64,000 bases of DNA, taken from positions 1-64,000 of the IMG/VR virus record IMGVR_UViG_3300044638_007692, one strand, 5' to 3'. How positions within the stretch are numbered: position 1 is the first letter of the stretch; each line of letters opens with the position of its first letter. The notes beneath the pieces were generated by a model. That model saw only the letters and a list, made by a program, of their open reading frames with translations, searched no databases and was not told the DNA's origin. The stretch comes from an uncultured virus (IMG/VR IMGVR_UViG_3300044638_007692). Its lineage: Duplodnaviria > Heunggongvirae > Uroviricota > Caudoviricetes. The position numbers were made by a program, and so were the translations under genes. Below, piece by piece: positions 1 to 9,721 of the stretch.

Positions 1-3000
1 TGAATGGGCGTACGAAACTTCTGTCTTCGAAGTAGGACCAGACCAGTTCAACGACCTATCTAGCAAGGATGGCGAGAACACAGCAACTGGTTGGTTTACT
101 GGAGACCAAATCAACAAGATGTCTGATGCAGGAATGTTGCATCCAGACTTCGCAGACTCTTTCCCAAACATTGTTAGCAACCTTGAAGATGAGGATGCAA
201 AGACTGACAAGCCAATTCCAGCAGAAGAAGTTTCTCCTGAAGATGTAACTTCAGTATTTGATACTTCTAAGTGGAAGAAGGTTGCAGGACAAGCTGGCTC
301 CAATCAAGGTGCTTTCTATGTAGACCCAGACACTGGAAATCAGTATTACGTTAAGAAGCCAAAGTCTGACAAGCATGCAGAGAATGAAATCTTAGGCGGT
401 GCTCTTTATGAAGAGGCTGGCGTTAAGTTTGGTCGTGCATACAAGGGTGTAGACAAGAGTGGAAACACTGTTCTTGTTTCTCCAGTTTTAGATGGAAATA
501 CTCTTGCATCTGACAAGAACAATGCAGATTTAAAGAAGAAGGCTCAGGCTGACTTCGCAGTTGACGCATGGCTTGGTAACTACGATGTAGTTGGCCTTGA
601 GTATGACAACATGCTTGTTGACAAGGATGGAAACATCGCTCGTATTGATGCTGGTGGTTCTCTACTATTCCGTGCACAGGGTGGAACTGACAAGGAGTTT
701 GGTCCTGAAGCAACACAAGTTGACTCGATGCGTGATGCAAAGCAGAACGCACAGGCTGCAGACATCTTTGGAGATATGAGCGATGAAGAAATCGCTGAGT
801 CTGTTAAAAAGGTACAAGCAATAACTCCAGAAAAGATTGATGAGCTTGTAGATGCTGCCTTCTCTGACCCAGACACTGCTGAGTCAGTTAAAGAAACTCT
901 TAAGGCACGTCGTCAATATCTAATCGACCGTTTCTTGGGCGGACAAGCAGAAGAAACACCTGCCGAAGAGCCAAAGAAGCCAGTTGTTGATACCAATACA
1001 GTTGTTATTGATGCTGCAGGTGACATTGAAGCACAAATTACTGCTGCACAAGATGCTGGAAAGAAGATTGCGTTCAAGTACAACGGAAAAGAGAGAGTTG
1101 TAACTCCAAAGGGAGTGTGGAAGAACCCACAGAACGGCAACATTAATCTTTCAGCAATCGGTGAAGATGGTGTGAAGAAGAACTACACCCTCTCTAAGTT
1201 TGAGCAAAGTGATTCTTCTGCTACAGAAGCACCAGAGGCTGCTCCAACACCTGAGAAGGAACTTCCACAGGCACCAGAAGCTGCTCAGATTGATCCAGTT
1301 GAGAAACAAAAGGTTCTTGACGAAGTTTCAGCTCTTGCAGAAAAGCTTTTTGGTAGCAAGGGCAAGACAAAGGACCTACTTGAGTCTCTCAAGGGGCAGG
1401 AAGGCTCTAACGATGAGCTTATCGATTCAATTCTTGAGGACATCAACACTGTATCTGCTCCTGCAGATGCAACTCCTGAAGAAAAGATTCAGTCTGACCT
1501 TGCTCAAGCACTGACACCAGATGAAGATGCTGCTCCAGAAGATGAAGTGGAGCCAATCGATGCTGATGCACTTGCTGAAGAGTTAAAGAAGCCTTTAGAC
1601 CCAGATTTGATTTGGGCAAAGGTTAAAGATGAGAAGGGAATCTCTGTCATCGAAAACGGTGACATTGTTGTTGCTGAGAATGTAACACCTGCTGGCTCAA
1701 CTATTTATACAATGGTGAAGCGCAACTCTGACAACACCTTTAGTGTCTATCACAGAATTAAGGGTTCTGATGGAACTACAAGAGTTAAAACTCTTGCAGG
1801 ACGTTGGCACTCATACACAGCTCTTTCTAGCCGTATTGAGAACGAGAAGTGGAAAGCAAAGGTAACTCCAAGCAAGGTTATCTCAAAATCTAAGCCAGAA
1901 ACTCCAGGAACTATCGCTCCTTCTGCAATTCCAACAAAGAAGGGTGCTTATGTATCTGCTGATGGCAAGACTCCAATTAAGGTTGGAATGATTGTCAAAG
2001 ATACTAAGACTGGTAAGACTGGAAAGGTTGTTTCACTTAAGGATGAGCTTGTTACATCTAAGAGCAAATCAAATCCACAGGGTTACACCTACACAGACGT
2101 TGCCAAGGTTCAATGGGATGATGGCAAGAAGAACTGGAAGGTTTCAACCTATCTAGATATTCAGGACACTTCAGGTGTAAAGCCTGACAAGCCAGAAGAT
2201 GATGGCCCAACTGGTGGAAGTGGTGGAACACCAACAACTCCTAAAGAGCCAACAAGTCCTGCACCTGTAAACAATCCAGAACCTGCAGTTGAACTTCCAA
2301 CTTTTGAAGGTACTGACCTTGCTGGTGCTACTGCAATCAAAGATGTTGAATCTAAAGCAGTAGAAAAAAACTCTGTTGGTCACTTAGCTGCTTATGGAGC
2401 AAATGATTACAGCGATTACAAGAGTTTTTTAAGTGGCGAGTTTATTAAAGACCCAAACTCTAAGAACATGGTTCCAGGAATTTTGGTTCAAAACGTAAGC
2501 CCAAACGATTCTGACCAAGACTTGACTAGCTACGGTGTAATTTCAAAACAAGATGCAAAAAGTGGTGAAATTTTTGTTTCATACTTTGATGGACCTCTTG
2601 CAGGACAGACTAAGAGCACAAAGTCTGACAAGTTGTGGTCCCGTGAGAAGTTTATTACTCCTGAGCAAGCAAAAGAACTAGACATTACTCTTGACCCAAC
2701 ACTTTTTGACAAGTCTAAGGCTGCAGCAAAGGCTAAAGGCGAGGCTTATGCAAAGAAGCAAGCAGATGCTTTGAAGAAAGCTCAATTGGAAGCAGAAGCT
2801 AAAGCTCTAAAGGATAAGTTCTCTGTCAACGGTCCAGGTTTTGCTGTTCAAACACTAGATGCCGCACCTGACTATTCGCAATCTCCACATCCAGATGTGC
2901 CTTCACTAGAAGACTCGTTGAAGATGGCAAAGAATGACAATGCTGGAGAAGCTGCAAATGGTTCAACTACTCTTCTTGACTCAGATTCAATCGAGGACCT

Positions 3001-4201
3001 AGAAGTCCACGTTGGAATGGTTACAGACAAGAATGGCGAAAAGAAGATTCGTCTTCAGTTCACTTTAACTAACTGGGCTGGAAAGCAAATAGTTGCTAAA
3101 GCAGATTCTGACCCGAATGTAACTAAAACAAAAGCATTGCGTTTGGATAAGTGGGAGAAGAAGGCAGATGGTTCTCTCGTTTGGAAAGACACTTGGGATA
3201 CAAGCACAGTTGACTCAAATAAAAACGGTGTAACTTTTGAAGGACCTGCTGGAAAGGGAACTTTCCTTCTTCACAGAGCAAGTAAGTCTATTGATGATAC
3301 TGAAGTGGACTTCTTTAAGTACCACAGTAGTAGTCCATACGCTGTTTCCTTCCACAACAAAGCAGAAATCTATCTTCCAGCAGATGCAACTTCTGAGGAT
3401 GTAGCTGAGGCCCTTAACTCTTTGGGTGGAATCTCTCAAGTTCGTCCAGCACTTGAATCTGATGTTCAAGGTGTTATTGAAAACAAAATGATTTGGTTGC
3501 TTGGCTCTTCTACCGATGGAAAGAAGAACTACGCAGGTGAACTCCGTGAGAAGACCCTTGAGTACATTAAGGATGAATATGGATTCACAGCAGCTGATGT
3601 TGAAGTTGTCGTAGACCCACTTGCTCGTGGTCGAGTTAACTATTACATGCCAGAGTCCGCTGTAGAAAAGTTGATGGAAAAAACTGGATTCTCTCCATAC
3701 ATTGTTCACAATTGGAAGGGTGGAGACCAGACCAACACTGTTGACTGGTTTTACAACGTTGTTACATCAGGAGGCGTCTACGCAACTGCTACTCGTTGGA
3801 TGAACGGAATTAACAAGAGCGGAATGTCTTCATCTGCAGATATTGATGCTAACGGCGGAAACTATGTTTTTGCCTCTCCATCATCTAAAGGTTCAAGCAC
3901 TTCTACAAGCTTTGCTTTGTACTTCGATTCACGAAAAGTTCTTCGTCGTTTGGATTACTACAAGAACAACTCCGATAAGTATGGTCAGCTTCAATCTGAC
4001 TCAGAAGATATCGTTCAGTCTCTAAGCAACAACTACGGAGAGTTGATGTTTAAGAAGAACCTTTCATGGGCAGACATTTCATCCATGTCAATGCCAGCAG
4101 CTATCCGAGAGAAGCTCATCGAGCGTCTTATGACTGAAGGTCTTACTGATTTGGCAGACATGGTTTCTGGCAAAAAGAAAAAGAAAGGGGCTAAGAAATA
4201 A
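1..4201 (+). CDS. 5'-truncated giant multi-domain protein: C-terminal part of a Nudix domain, PI3K/PI4K/HipA-like kinase domain, WYL-like domain, SH3/KOW-like domain, C-terminal ADP-ribosyltransferase-like domain; probably head-associated
   Basis: Frame 2 is open from base 2 (EWAYETSVFEVGPDQFNDLSSKDGENTATGWFTGDQINK) into the tracked ORF at 119, so the gene starts upstream of the window. Motifs: W-x-Y-x-T...E...W...LHPDF (Nudix C-terminus); GSNQG...YYVK...ENE...DAWLGNYD...DN...RIDAG (kinase-like); IAFKYNGKERVVTP (WYL-like); YIVH...NYVF...GELMF (ART-like). Confidence 0.7.
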   Translation, partial: EWAYETSVFEVGPDQFNDLSSKDGENTATGWFTGDQINKMSDAGMLHPDFADSFPNIVSNLEDEDAKTDKPIPAEEVSPEDVTSVFDTSKWKKVAGQAGSNQGAFYVDPDTGNQYYVKKPKSDKHAENEILGGALYEEAGVKFGRAYKGVDKSGNTVLVSPVLDGNTLASDKNNADLKKKAQADFAVDAWLGNYDVVGLEYDNMLVDKDGNIARIDAGGSLLFRAQGGTDKEFGPEATQVDSMRDAKQNAQAADIFGDMSDEEIAESVKKVQAITPEKIDELVDAAFSDPDTAESVKETLKARRQYLIDRFLGGQAEETPAEEPKKPVVDTNTVVIDAAGDIEAQITAAQDAGKKIAFKYNGKERVVTPKGVWKNPQNGNINLSAIGEDGVKKNYTLSKFEQSDSSATEAPEAAPTPEKELPQAPEAAQIDPVEKQKVLDEVSALAEKLFGSKGKTKDLLESLKGQEGSNDELIDSILEDINTVSAPADATPEEKIQSDLAQALTPDEDAAPEDEVEPIDADALAEELKKPLDPDLIWAKVKDEKGISVIENGDIVVAENVTPAGSTIYTMVKRNSDNTFSVYHRIKGSDGTTRVKTLAGRWHSYTALSSRIENEKWKAKVTPSKVISKSKPETPGTIAPSAIPTKKGAYVSADGKTPIKVGMIVKDTKTGKTGKVVSLKDELVTSKSKSNPQGYTYTDVAKVQWDDGKKNWKVSTYLDIQDTSGVKPDKPEDDGPTGGSGGTPTTPKEPTSPAPVNNPEPAVELPTFEGTDLAGATAIKDVESKAVEKNSVGHLAAYGANDYSDYKSFLSGEFIKDPNSKNMVPGILVQNVSPNDSDQDLTSYGVISKQDAKSGEIFVSYFDGPLAGQTKSTKSDKLWSREKFITPEQAKELDITLDPTLFDKSKAAAKAKGEAYAKKQADALKKAQLEAEAKALKDKFSVNGPGFAVQTLDAAPDYSQSPHPDVPSLEDSLKMAKNDNAGEAANGSTTLLDSDSIEDLEVHVGMVTDKNGEKKIRLQFTLTNWAGKQIVAKADSDPNVTKTKALRLDKWEKKADGSLVWKDTWDTSTVDSNKNGVTFEGPAGKGTFLLHRASKSIDDTEVDFFKYHSSSPYAVSFHNKAEIYLPADATSEDVAEALNSLGGISQVRPALESDVQGVIENKMIWLLGSSTDGKKNYAGELREKTLEYIKDEYGFTAADVEVVVDPLARGRVNYYMPESAVEKLMEKTGFSPYIVHNWKGGDQTNTVDWFYNVVTSGGVYATATRWMNGINKSGMSSSADIDANGGNYVFASPSSKGSSTSTSFALYFDSRKVLRRLDYYKNNSDKYGQLQSDSEDIVQSLSNNYGELMFKKNLSWADISSMSMPAAIREKLIERLMTEGLTDLADMVSGKKKKKGAKK

Positions 4202-4806
4202 TGGCTCTTATCTCTGAAGAAGTAATTTTTGGGACTCCAGGTGTTATTGAAAAACTATCTGGAGAAAACCAAAGCAAATTCCCTCTATTCGATGTAGTTC
4301 AGTTTGTATATGAGGGAGACGACGATGAAGCCGATAGCGGCATCCTCGTTCGTGGAGGACGCGGCATGTTTTACCCAGTTGATCCAGAGTTAGTTAAGAA
4401 AACCGAGGGTACAATTGAGTTTGCTGCGTTCGACGGTACCTATCGAATCAGAAAGTTCACAGAGGATGACTCTGCGCTTCTAACTGGTTATGGACTGACT
4501 CTAACCCCGCAAATGATGGAGGAAATGATGGTAATCGACGAGCAAGTCGGTTTAGAACAAGCCGTAGAGGCTTTGTCTAACGATGCTGGTGACGTCACAG
4601 CTGTTGTCTTCACGGTTGCTGGGCTTGGTACTTTCTTCCGCAACGAGGGTAAGTGGGTTCCTGCCACTCCTGAGATGTCAGAAGAGTATGACGGCTCAGA
4701 AATCACAGACATTGATGTTGAAAAAGGAAAAGACCTCGTAGCCCGCTGGGACGCTGGTGAAAAAATTACTAAAGATAATTTAGCAGAGTACGCGGTAGAG
4801 GAATAA
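4201..4806 (+). CDS. hypothetical acidic protein in head-gene region
   Basis: 201-aa ORF, TAA/ATG overlap with the upstream gene, 2 nt from the next gene. Confidence 0.75.
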   Translation: MALISEEVIFGTPGVIEKLSGENQSKFPLFDVVQFVYEGDDDEADSGILVRGGRGMFYPVDPELVKKTEGTIEFAAFDGTYRIRKFTEDDSALLTGYGLTLTPQMMEEMMVIDEQVGLEQAVEALSNDAGDVTAVVFTVAGLGTFFRNEGKWVPATPEMSEEYDGSEITDIDVEKGKDLVARWDAGEKITKDNLAEYAVEE

Positions 4807-4808
4807 TC

Positions 4809-7800
4809 ATGGAATTTCTAGGTAGAAACGATAATTACGTTCTCTTCTCGAACGACGACTTGGCAACAGTTATTGACGAGTCTACTAATACAGTTGTTCG
4901 GGTTGATAGCAGTGCTGTTCTACTAGCTTCTGCAGAATGGAGTACTTATGGTGAAAGACCAGAAGCTTCTTCTGTTGAGTTAGCAAACGCTGCCGTTACT
5001 GACCTAGATATTAAAGTTCTTAGCAATGGTGATAGCAGCAATATGTACACCATTCCTGATGCTGTTGTTTCAGAAGCAAAAAGAGGACTCGCTTGGAGAA
5101 AAGAAGAAAAACGAGGTGGCACACCTGTTGGCCTGAATACTGCACGCACTCTGGCGCAGGGTGGGCAGATTGGTATCCAAAAGATTCGTCACATCGCGAA
5201 ATACTTCCCACGTCACGAAGTGGACAAGAAGGGCAAAGGCTACAAACCGGGCCAACAAAACTACCCAAGTAATGGTCGCATTGCATGGGCTCTTTGGGGT
5301 GGAGATGCTGCAAAGCGTTGGGCGTCAGCAATTGTTGAGCGCGACAATAAAAAGCGTGCAAACAATTCTGTAGTTGCATCTATCGATGAGTTTATGCCGA
5401 TAGAGCGTATTGATTACAAGTCATTTAATCCATCAGAGTACGAGCCAGATTTTTATATTCGAATTCGTTTAGATGGCTCAGGTATTGACCGTCTATACAA
5501 AGTAGATATGGAAGGTTACTGCACCGTTTGGGATGACGGCTGCTGGGAAGACCTTGGTCACATTGACCATGACTTTATTACATATGACAAGTCACTTGAC
5601 GATCCTTATGACCAAGTGCAAAAAATTCACACTCCTGTAGACCGTGAATCTGCAGTAAAGATTTCAGCGATGCTGGATAACAACCCATTTGATTCAATTT
5701 CTATTCAAATGATTGATTTCAATGAATCAGATTTGATTGAAAAAGCAATTCCAGAAATTGACTGGAAGTTCCTTGACCAGCTTTCTGAAGATGAAGTATT
5801 TGAAGTAGATGAGTGGGATGACGGCCTTCTTGCTGTAGGTGCTCCTACAACACAAGCTCCAACAAACCAAGATGGAAACTACACACCTGAAGAACGTTCA
5901 GAGAAGGCTTCTCAGCAAGTTCGTGACCAGCTAGGTAAATTTGCTAAAGCTGGAAGCACTGTGATTGTTGGAAACGACCCTAAGTACACAGGAAAAATTC
6001 TTTCTATCAACTCACAAACTCAAGAAGCAAACGTTGAGTTTCCTAATGGAAATGTCGTAGCAGTTCCAGCAAACCAAACTCAGTTGGCAGAAGATTATCA
6101 ACCTCTTCCTGTACAAGGCTTTCCAAGTTTTGAACTAGACACTTCTGGCATTCTTGGAGAACCACGAGTTCCAATTGATGAGCCAACAGCAAAACTTCCA
6201 GGACGTCTACCACCACTTACAGTAGACAGTCTTCAAACAATGCTTACTGACTGGTCTAGTTGGATGTCAGACCAAAGAGTTACTCCTGAATACACAGGAC
6301 AGCCAGTAAATGCTCCAGCACCAGTTGCTGGAACTTCACCTGCTGTAGATACACGTCTTGACCCAAATACTGTTCTTGGTCAGTACTACACAGGTTCATT
6401 TAATCCAGATGGCACACCAAAGCCAGGTTGGAATCCTGCTACAACAGAAAATGTTTACAACAACCCACTACTACGTGATTGGTTGGATAAAAAGTACAAC
6501 AAGAACGCATCTCCAGAAAATGCTTATCACCGAGATGGTTGGTATAAAGAAAATCCTTACGGAAAACTTGGACCTAAGGTAGAACCAAAGAAATCTGCTA
6601 AAGATGTAAGAAAAATTAGCGCAGAAGATTACATGAAGAGGTTTGATCCAGACCTTGAGATGTCAATTACCTCTTCTGCCGAGGCTAAAAAACCTAACTA
6701 TGAAATCACACCTGAAAAAACAGATGTGGCTCCTATGTACATTGCAATTGTCGCTGAGGATGACCCAGCAGCAGTGATGGAGTTAGTTGCTGTTGTTCCA
6801 GCAGGTTTCGATACAAATCAACCTTCTACTTTCAAACGCCGTGACCGTAAGTGGGTACGCGATGAAAGAATTCTTGCTGACCTAAACAGCCCAACACCTC
6901 CACCAACTATTGTTCTAAGCACAGAACAATTGGCTGAAGTTGTTTCTCAAATTGATGGTGGAATTGTTGCTTCAATTCGAATCAACCCTGCGATGGCTCT
7001 TACTCTTAACGCTATTACAGCTGCTGGAGGACTTGACCAAAACCGCGGTAACGCAGAGAAACTTCGCCGTTATTGGACAGTAGGTAAGGGTGGATTAAAG
7101 ATTCGTTGGAACAGCCCAGGAGACTGGACTCGTTGCCACAAGTATCTTTCAAAGTATCTTGGACCTCGCTCAAAAGGTTACTGCGCTCTTCGTCACAAAG
7201 AGATGACTGGCATGTGGCCTGGAGATAAGCGCAATCCAGGAATGAAAAAGAAGTCTATGGTTTCTAGCATTGAAGCCTTACGTTCTGAAGAACAAATTAT
7301 TGATTCATTTACTCTATCTGCTCGTGCTGAAGCAGCTAAGGCTCAATTCATGGGCCGTGAAGGTGCTAAACCAGTAGAACACGGAGCAAAATTTGTTATC
7401 CCATTGGTTATTCCTGAAGACAAGGAATCTGGCGATGGTCGCATCTTTGATAAAGGTGTAATAGTTATGCGAGACCTACCTCTGCCTCTACTGTGGCAGA
7501 TTAAAACAGGTCAAGGTCACGATGGTTCCGTTGTGGTTGGTCAAATCACGCATATGGAGCGCATCGATGGTGGAATTGGAAATGCTGTAGGCGTTTTCGA
7601 TACAGGCGAATATGGAAAAGAAGCTGAAAGGCTTGTTCGCAATGGGTTTATCCGTGGAGTATCTGCTGACATGGATATGTTTGAGGCTGATGAGGAAGAG
7701 GCTTCTGAGGACTCAGGAAAAGTAGAGGCAGGTAGAATAGTAATCAAGAATGCTCGAATTATGGCTGTCACCATTGTGCCAAAACCAGCATTCCAAGAGT

Positions 7801-8996
7801 GTTATATCCAAATCGTTGATGATGGCAACGAAGTTGAGGAGGAAGAAATGTCAGTTCCAGATGGTATTTATGTAGATGGGGTGAGCCCGCTTGATGCGTC
7901 AGCACTTGTTGCTTGTGGCATGGTAGCTGGTGCTATCCCTGTAGAGCCTCCTTCAGAATGGTTTGGAAATCCAAAGCTTGACAAGGCAACCCCACTTACC
8001 ATCACAGATGAGGGTCGCGTATTCGGTCACATTGCTGCTTGGCATGTAGACCACATTGGAATGGCATTTGGAACTCGTCCTCCACGTAGCCGTTCTAAGT
8101 ATTCATATTTCCACACTGGTGTAATTCGTACCGCTGAAGGTAAGGATATGCCAGTTGGTCAACTAACTTTGGCTGGCGGTCACGCTGGTCTAGAAGCTTC
8201 TGCTGAAGAAGCAGTTCGTCACTACGATGACACTGCATCAGCATTCGCAGACGTGCACGCAGGTGAAGATGCTTACGGAATTTGGGTTTCAGGTGCTCTA
8301 CGCCCTGGCACAACCCCCGAGCAAATTAGAGCCGCTCGTGCATCAGCTCCATCAGGTGACTGGCGACCAATCAAGGGACACCTTGAGTTGGTTGCTGTTT
8401 GCCAAGTAAACGTTCCAGGATTCCCAATCGCACGTGCTCGTGTCGCATCAGGTCAGGTTATGGCTCTTGTTGCTGCAGGTGCAAATGTACTTGCTCAGCT
8501 TAAGCATGACCCAATCGCTGAGATTAATTCAAAGATTGATGCCCTTGAAGCAATCCACAAGAGTGCAGAGGCTGCTGCTCTATCTGGAAAAATGGCTGAA
8601 TTTTCAGCTCGTGTAGCCAGTGCTAAAGCAGAAGCAGAGGCTGTTTCAGAGTACATGCTTCAAATGTTCGATGAGAATCCTGAAGCAGAGATGTCAGTTG
8701 TTACTCGCCGTGAGCGTCAAAAACTTGCTGAAGAGGGCAAGGCTCTTAAGGATGGTTCATTCCCAATCCGCAATGTAACCGACCTTCGTAATGCAATTCA
8801 AGCTTATGGACGTGCTAAGGCTGGAAAGCGTGGTCTTGTTCAAAAGCACATTATGAAGCGAGCAAAGGCTCTTGGTAAAGAGACTTTAATTCCACAAAAG
8901 TGGGCAGCTGCTTCTATTGATGTAGATAGCTTCCGAGAAAGAGCTATATCTGCTGCAGCAAAACTTCAAACTTCTGATAGTGAAATTAAGGACTAA
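4809..8996 (+). CDS. multi-domain capsid maturation (prohead) protease
   Basis: 1395 aa, two genes upstream of the major capsid gene. Protease-like domain ESGDGR...LPLPLLWQ...GHDG...GVSADMD...TIVPKPAF; second related domain PPSEWF...GRVFGHIA...SGDWR...VNVPGFP; N-terminal GRIAWALWGGDA domain; RYW...GDWTRC...GYCALRH domain; C-terminal DGSFPI...AIQAYGRA (DUF6582-like). Confidence 0.75.
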   Translation: MEFLGRNDNYVLFSNDDLATVIDESTNTVVRVDSSAVLLASAEWSTYGERPEASSVELANAAVTDLDIKVLSNGDSSNMYTIPDAVVSEAKRGLAWRKEEKRGGTPVGLNTARTLAQGGQIGIQKIRHIAKYFPRHEVDKKGKGYKPGQQNYPSNGRIAWALWGGDAAKRWASAIVERDNKKRANNSVVASIDEFMPIERIDYKSFNPSEYEPDFYIRIRLDGSGIDRLYKVDMEGYCTVWDDGCWEDLGHIDHDFITYDKSLDDPYDQVQKIHTPVDRESAVKISAMLDNNPFDSISIQMIDFNESDLIEKAIPEIDWKFLDQLSEDEVFEVDEWDDGLLAVGAPTTQAPTNQDGNYTPEERSEKASQQVRDQLGKFAKAGSTVIVGNDPKYTGKILSINSQTQEANVEFPNGNVVAVPANQTQLAEDYQPLPVQGFPSFELDTSGILGEPRVPIDEPTAKLPGRLPPLTVDSLQTMLTDWSSWMSDQRVTPEYTGQPVNAPAPVAGTSPAVDTRLDPNTVLGQYYTGSFNPDGTPKPGWNPATTENVYNNPLLRDWLDKKYNKNASPENAYHRDGWYKENPYGKLGPKVEPKKSAKDVRKISAEDYMKRFDPDLEMSITSSAEAKKPNYEITPEKTDVAPMYIAIVAEDDPAAVMELVAVVPAGFDTNQPSTFKRRDRKWVRDERILADLNSPTPPPTIVLSTEQLAEVVSQIDGGIVASIRINPAMALTLNAITAAGGLDQNRGNAEKLRRYWTVGKGGLKIRWNSPGDWTRCHKYLSKYLGPRSKGYCALRHKEMTGMWPGDKRNPGMKKKSMVSSIEALRSEEQIIDSFTLSARAEAAKAQFMGREGAKPVEHGAKFVIPLVIPEDKESGDGRIFDKGVIVMRDLPLPLLWQIKTGQGHDGSVVVGQITHMERIDGGIGNAVGVFDTGEYGKEAERLVRNGFIRGVSADMDMFEADEEEASEDSGKVEAGRIVIKNARIMAVTIVPKPAFQECYIQIVDDGNEVEEEEMSVPDGIYVDGVSPLDASALVACGMVAGAIPVEPPSEWFGNPKLDKATPLTITDEGRVFGHIAAWHVDHIGMAFGTRPPRSRSKYSYFHTGVIRTAEGKDMPVGQLTLAGGHAGLEASAEEAVRHYDDTASAFADVHAGEDAYGIWVSGALRPGTTPEQIRAARASAPSGDWRPIKGHLELVAVCQVNVPGFPIARARVASGQVMALVAAGANVLAQLKHDPIAEINSKIDALEAIHKSAEAAALSGKMAEFSARVASAKAEAEAVSEYMLQMFDENPEAEMSVVTRRERQKLAEEGKALKDGSFPIRNVTDLRNAIQAYGRAKAGKRGLVQKHIMKRAKALGKETLIPQKWAAASIDVDSFRERAISAAAKLQTSDSEIKD

Positions 8997-8998
8997 TA

Positions 8999-9721
8999 GT
9001 GACTACAAATAGTGACGATACAGCTTCTAAAATGAGAGAAGCCATTTCTACTGCTCAAGCGGTGTTGGCTTCTGCAGAGTCAAAAAATGATAATTCTGAA
9101 AAATCAGAAGCACTTTTTAAAATTGACCCAGAACTCGAGGGTTTAACTGACGAAGAGGTAAAAGCTCTTAAGCTGGAAAAAGCCACTCGAAATAAGGAAG
9201 AAGAAGAGCGGGCTAAATACACCCCAAAGACTCAACCTCGTGACGCTGGAGGTAAATTCCGTCAAGTCCTAGCTCGACTCAAATCTGACCTAGGTACTGC
9301 TGGGTTAGACCGAGTTATCGAAAAGGTTGAAGAAGCCGAAAATCTTGATAATGCGGGAGACTACGGAAAAGCATCCAAAGCAGCTGACGATTTAATTGGA
9401 ATTATTGACCGATTGGACGCAAAAGCGTTGAATCCTGAAGCTTTAGAGAACATTCGTACTAGTTCAGCAGAGCTTGGAAAGGTTATTGCTAACCTCCCAT
9501 TTGGGTTCGGTCAAGATGCTGAAAAGATTAGATTCTCTGATGTACCCCCAGCCCTACGTAAGCTAATGAAAAATATGATTACTAGGGTCGAAGACAAGAT
9601 TGGCGATGAGGATGCCGATATCGCCACAGCGGAGCTAAAGAAGTTCATGTCTGGTAGCGAGCTCTACAACCAATCAGAGATTTCCAGCCAGATGGCGAAG
9701 CTTTTAAGACTTTTAACATAA
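8999..9721 (+). CDS. hypothetical head-associated helical protein with QPRDAGGKF motif
   Basis: 240-aa ORF between protease and capsid genes; exact start uncertain (GTG 8999 or a downstream ATG). Confidence 0.65.
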   Translation: MTTNSDDTASKMREAISTAQAVLASAESKNDNSEKSEALFKIDPELEGLTDEEVKALKLEKATRNKEEEERAKYTPKTQPRDAGGKFRQVLARLKSDLGTAGLDRVIEKVEEAENLDNAGDYGKASKAADDLIGIIDRLDAKALNPEALENIRTSSAELGKVIANLPFGFGQDAEKIRFSDVPPALRKLMKNMITRVEDKIGDEDADIATAELKKFMSGSELYNQSEISSQMAKLLRLLT

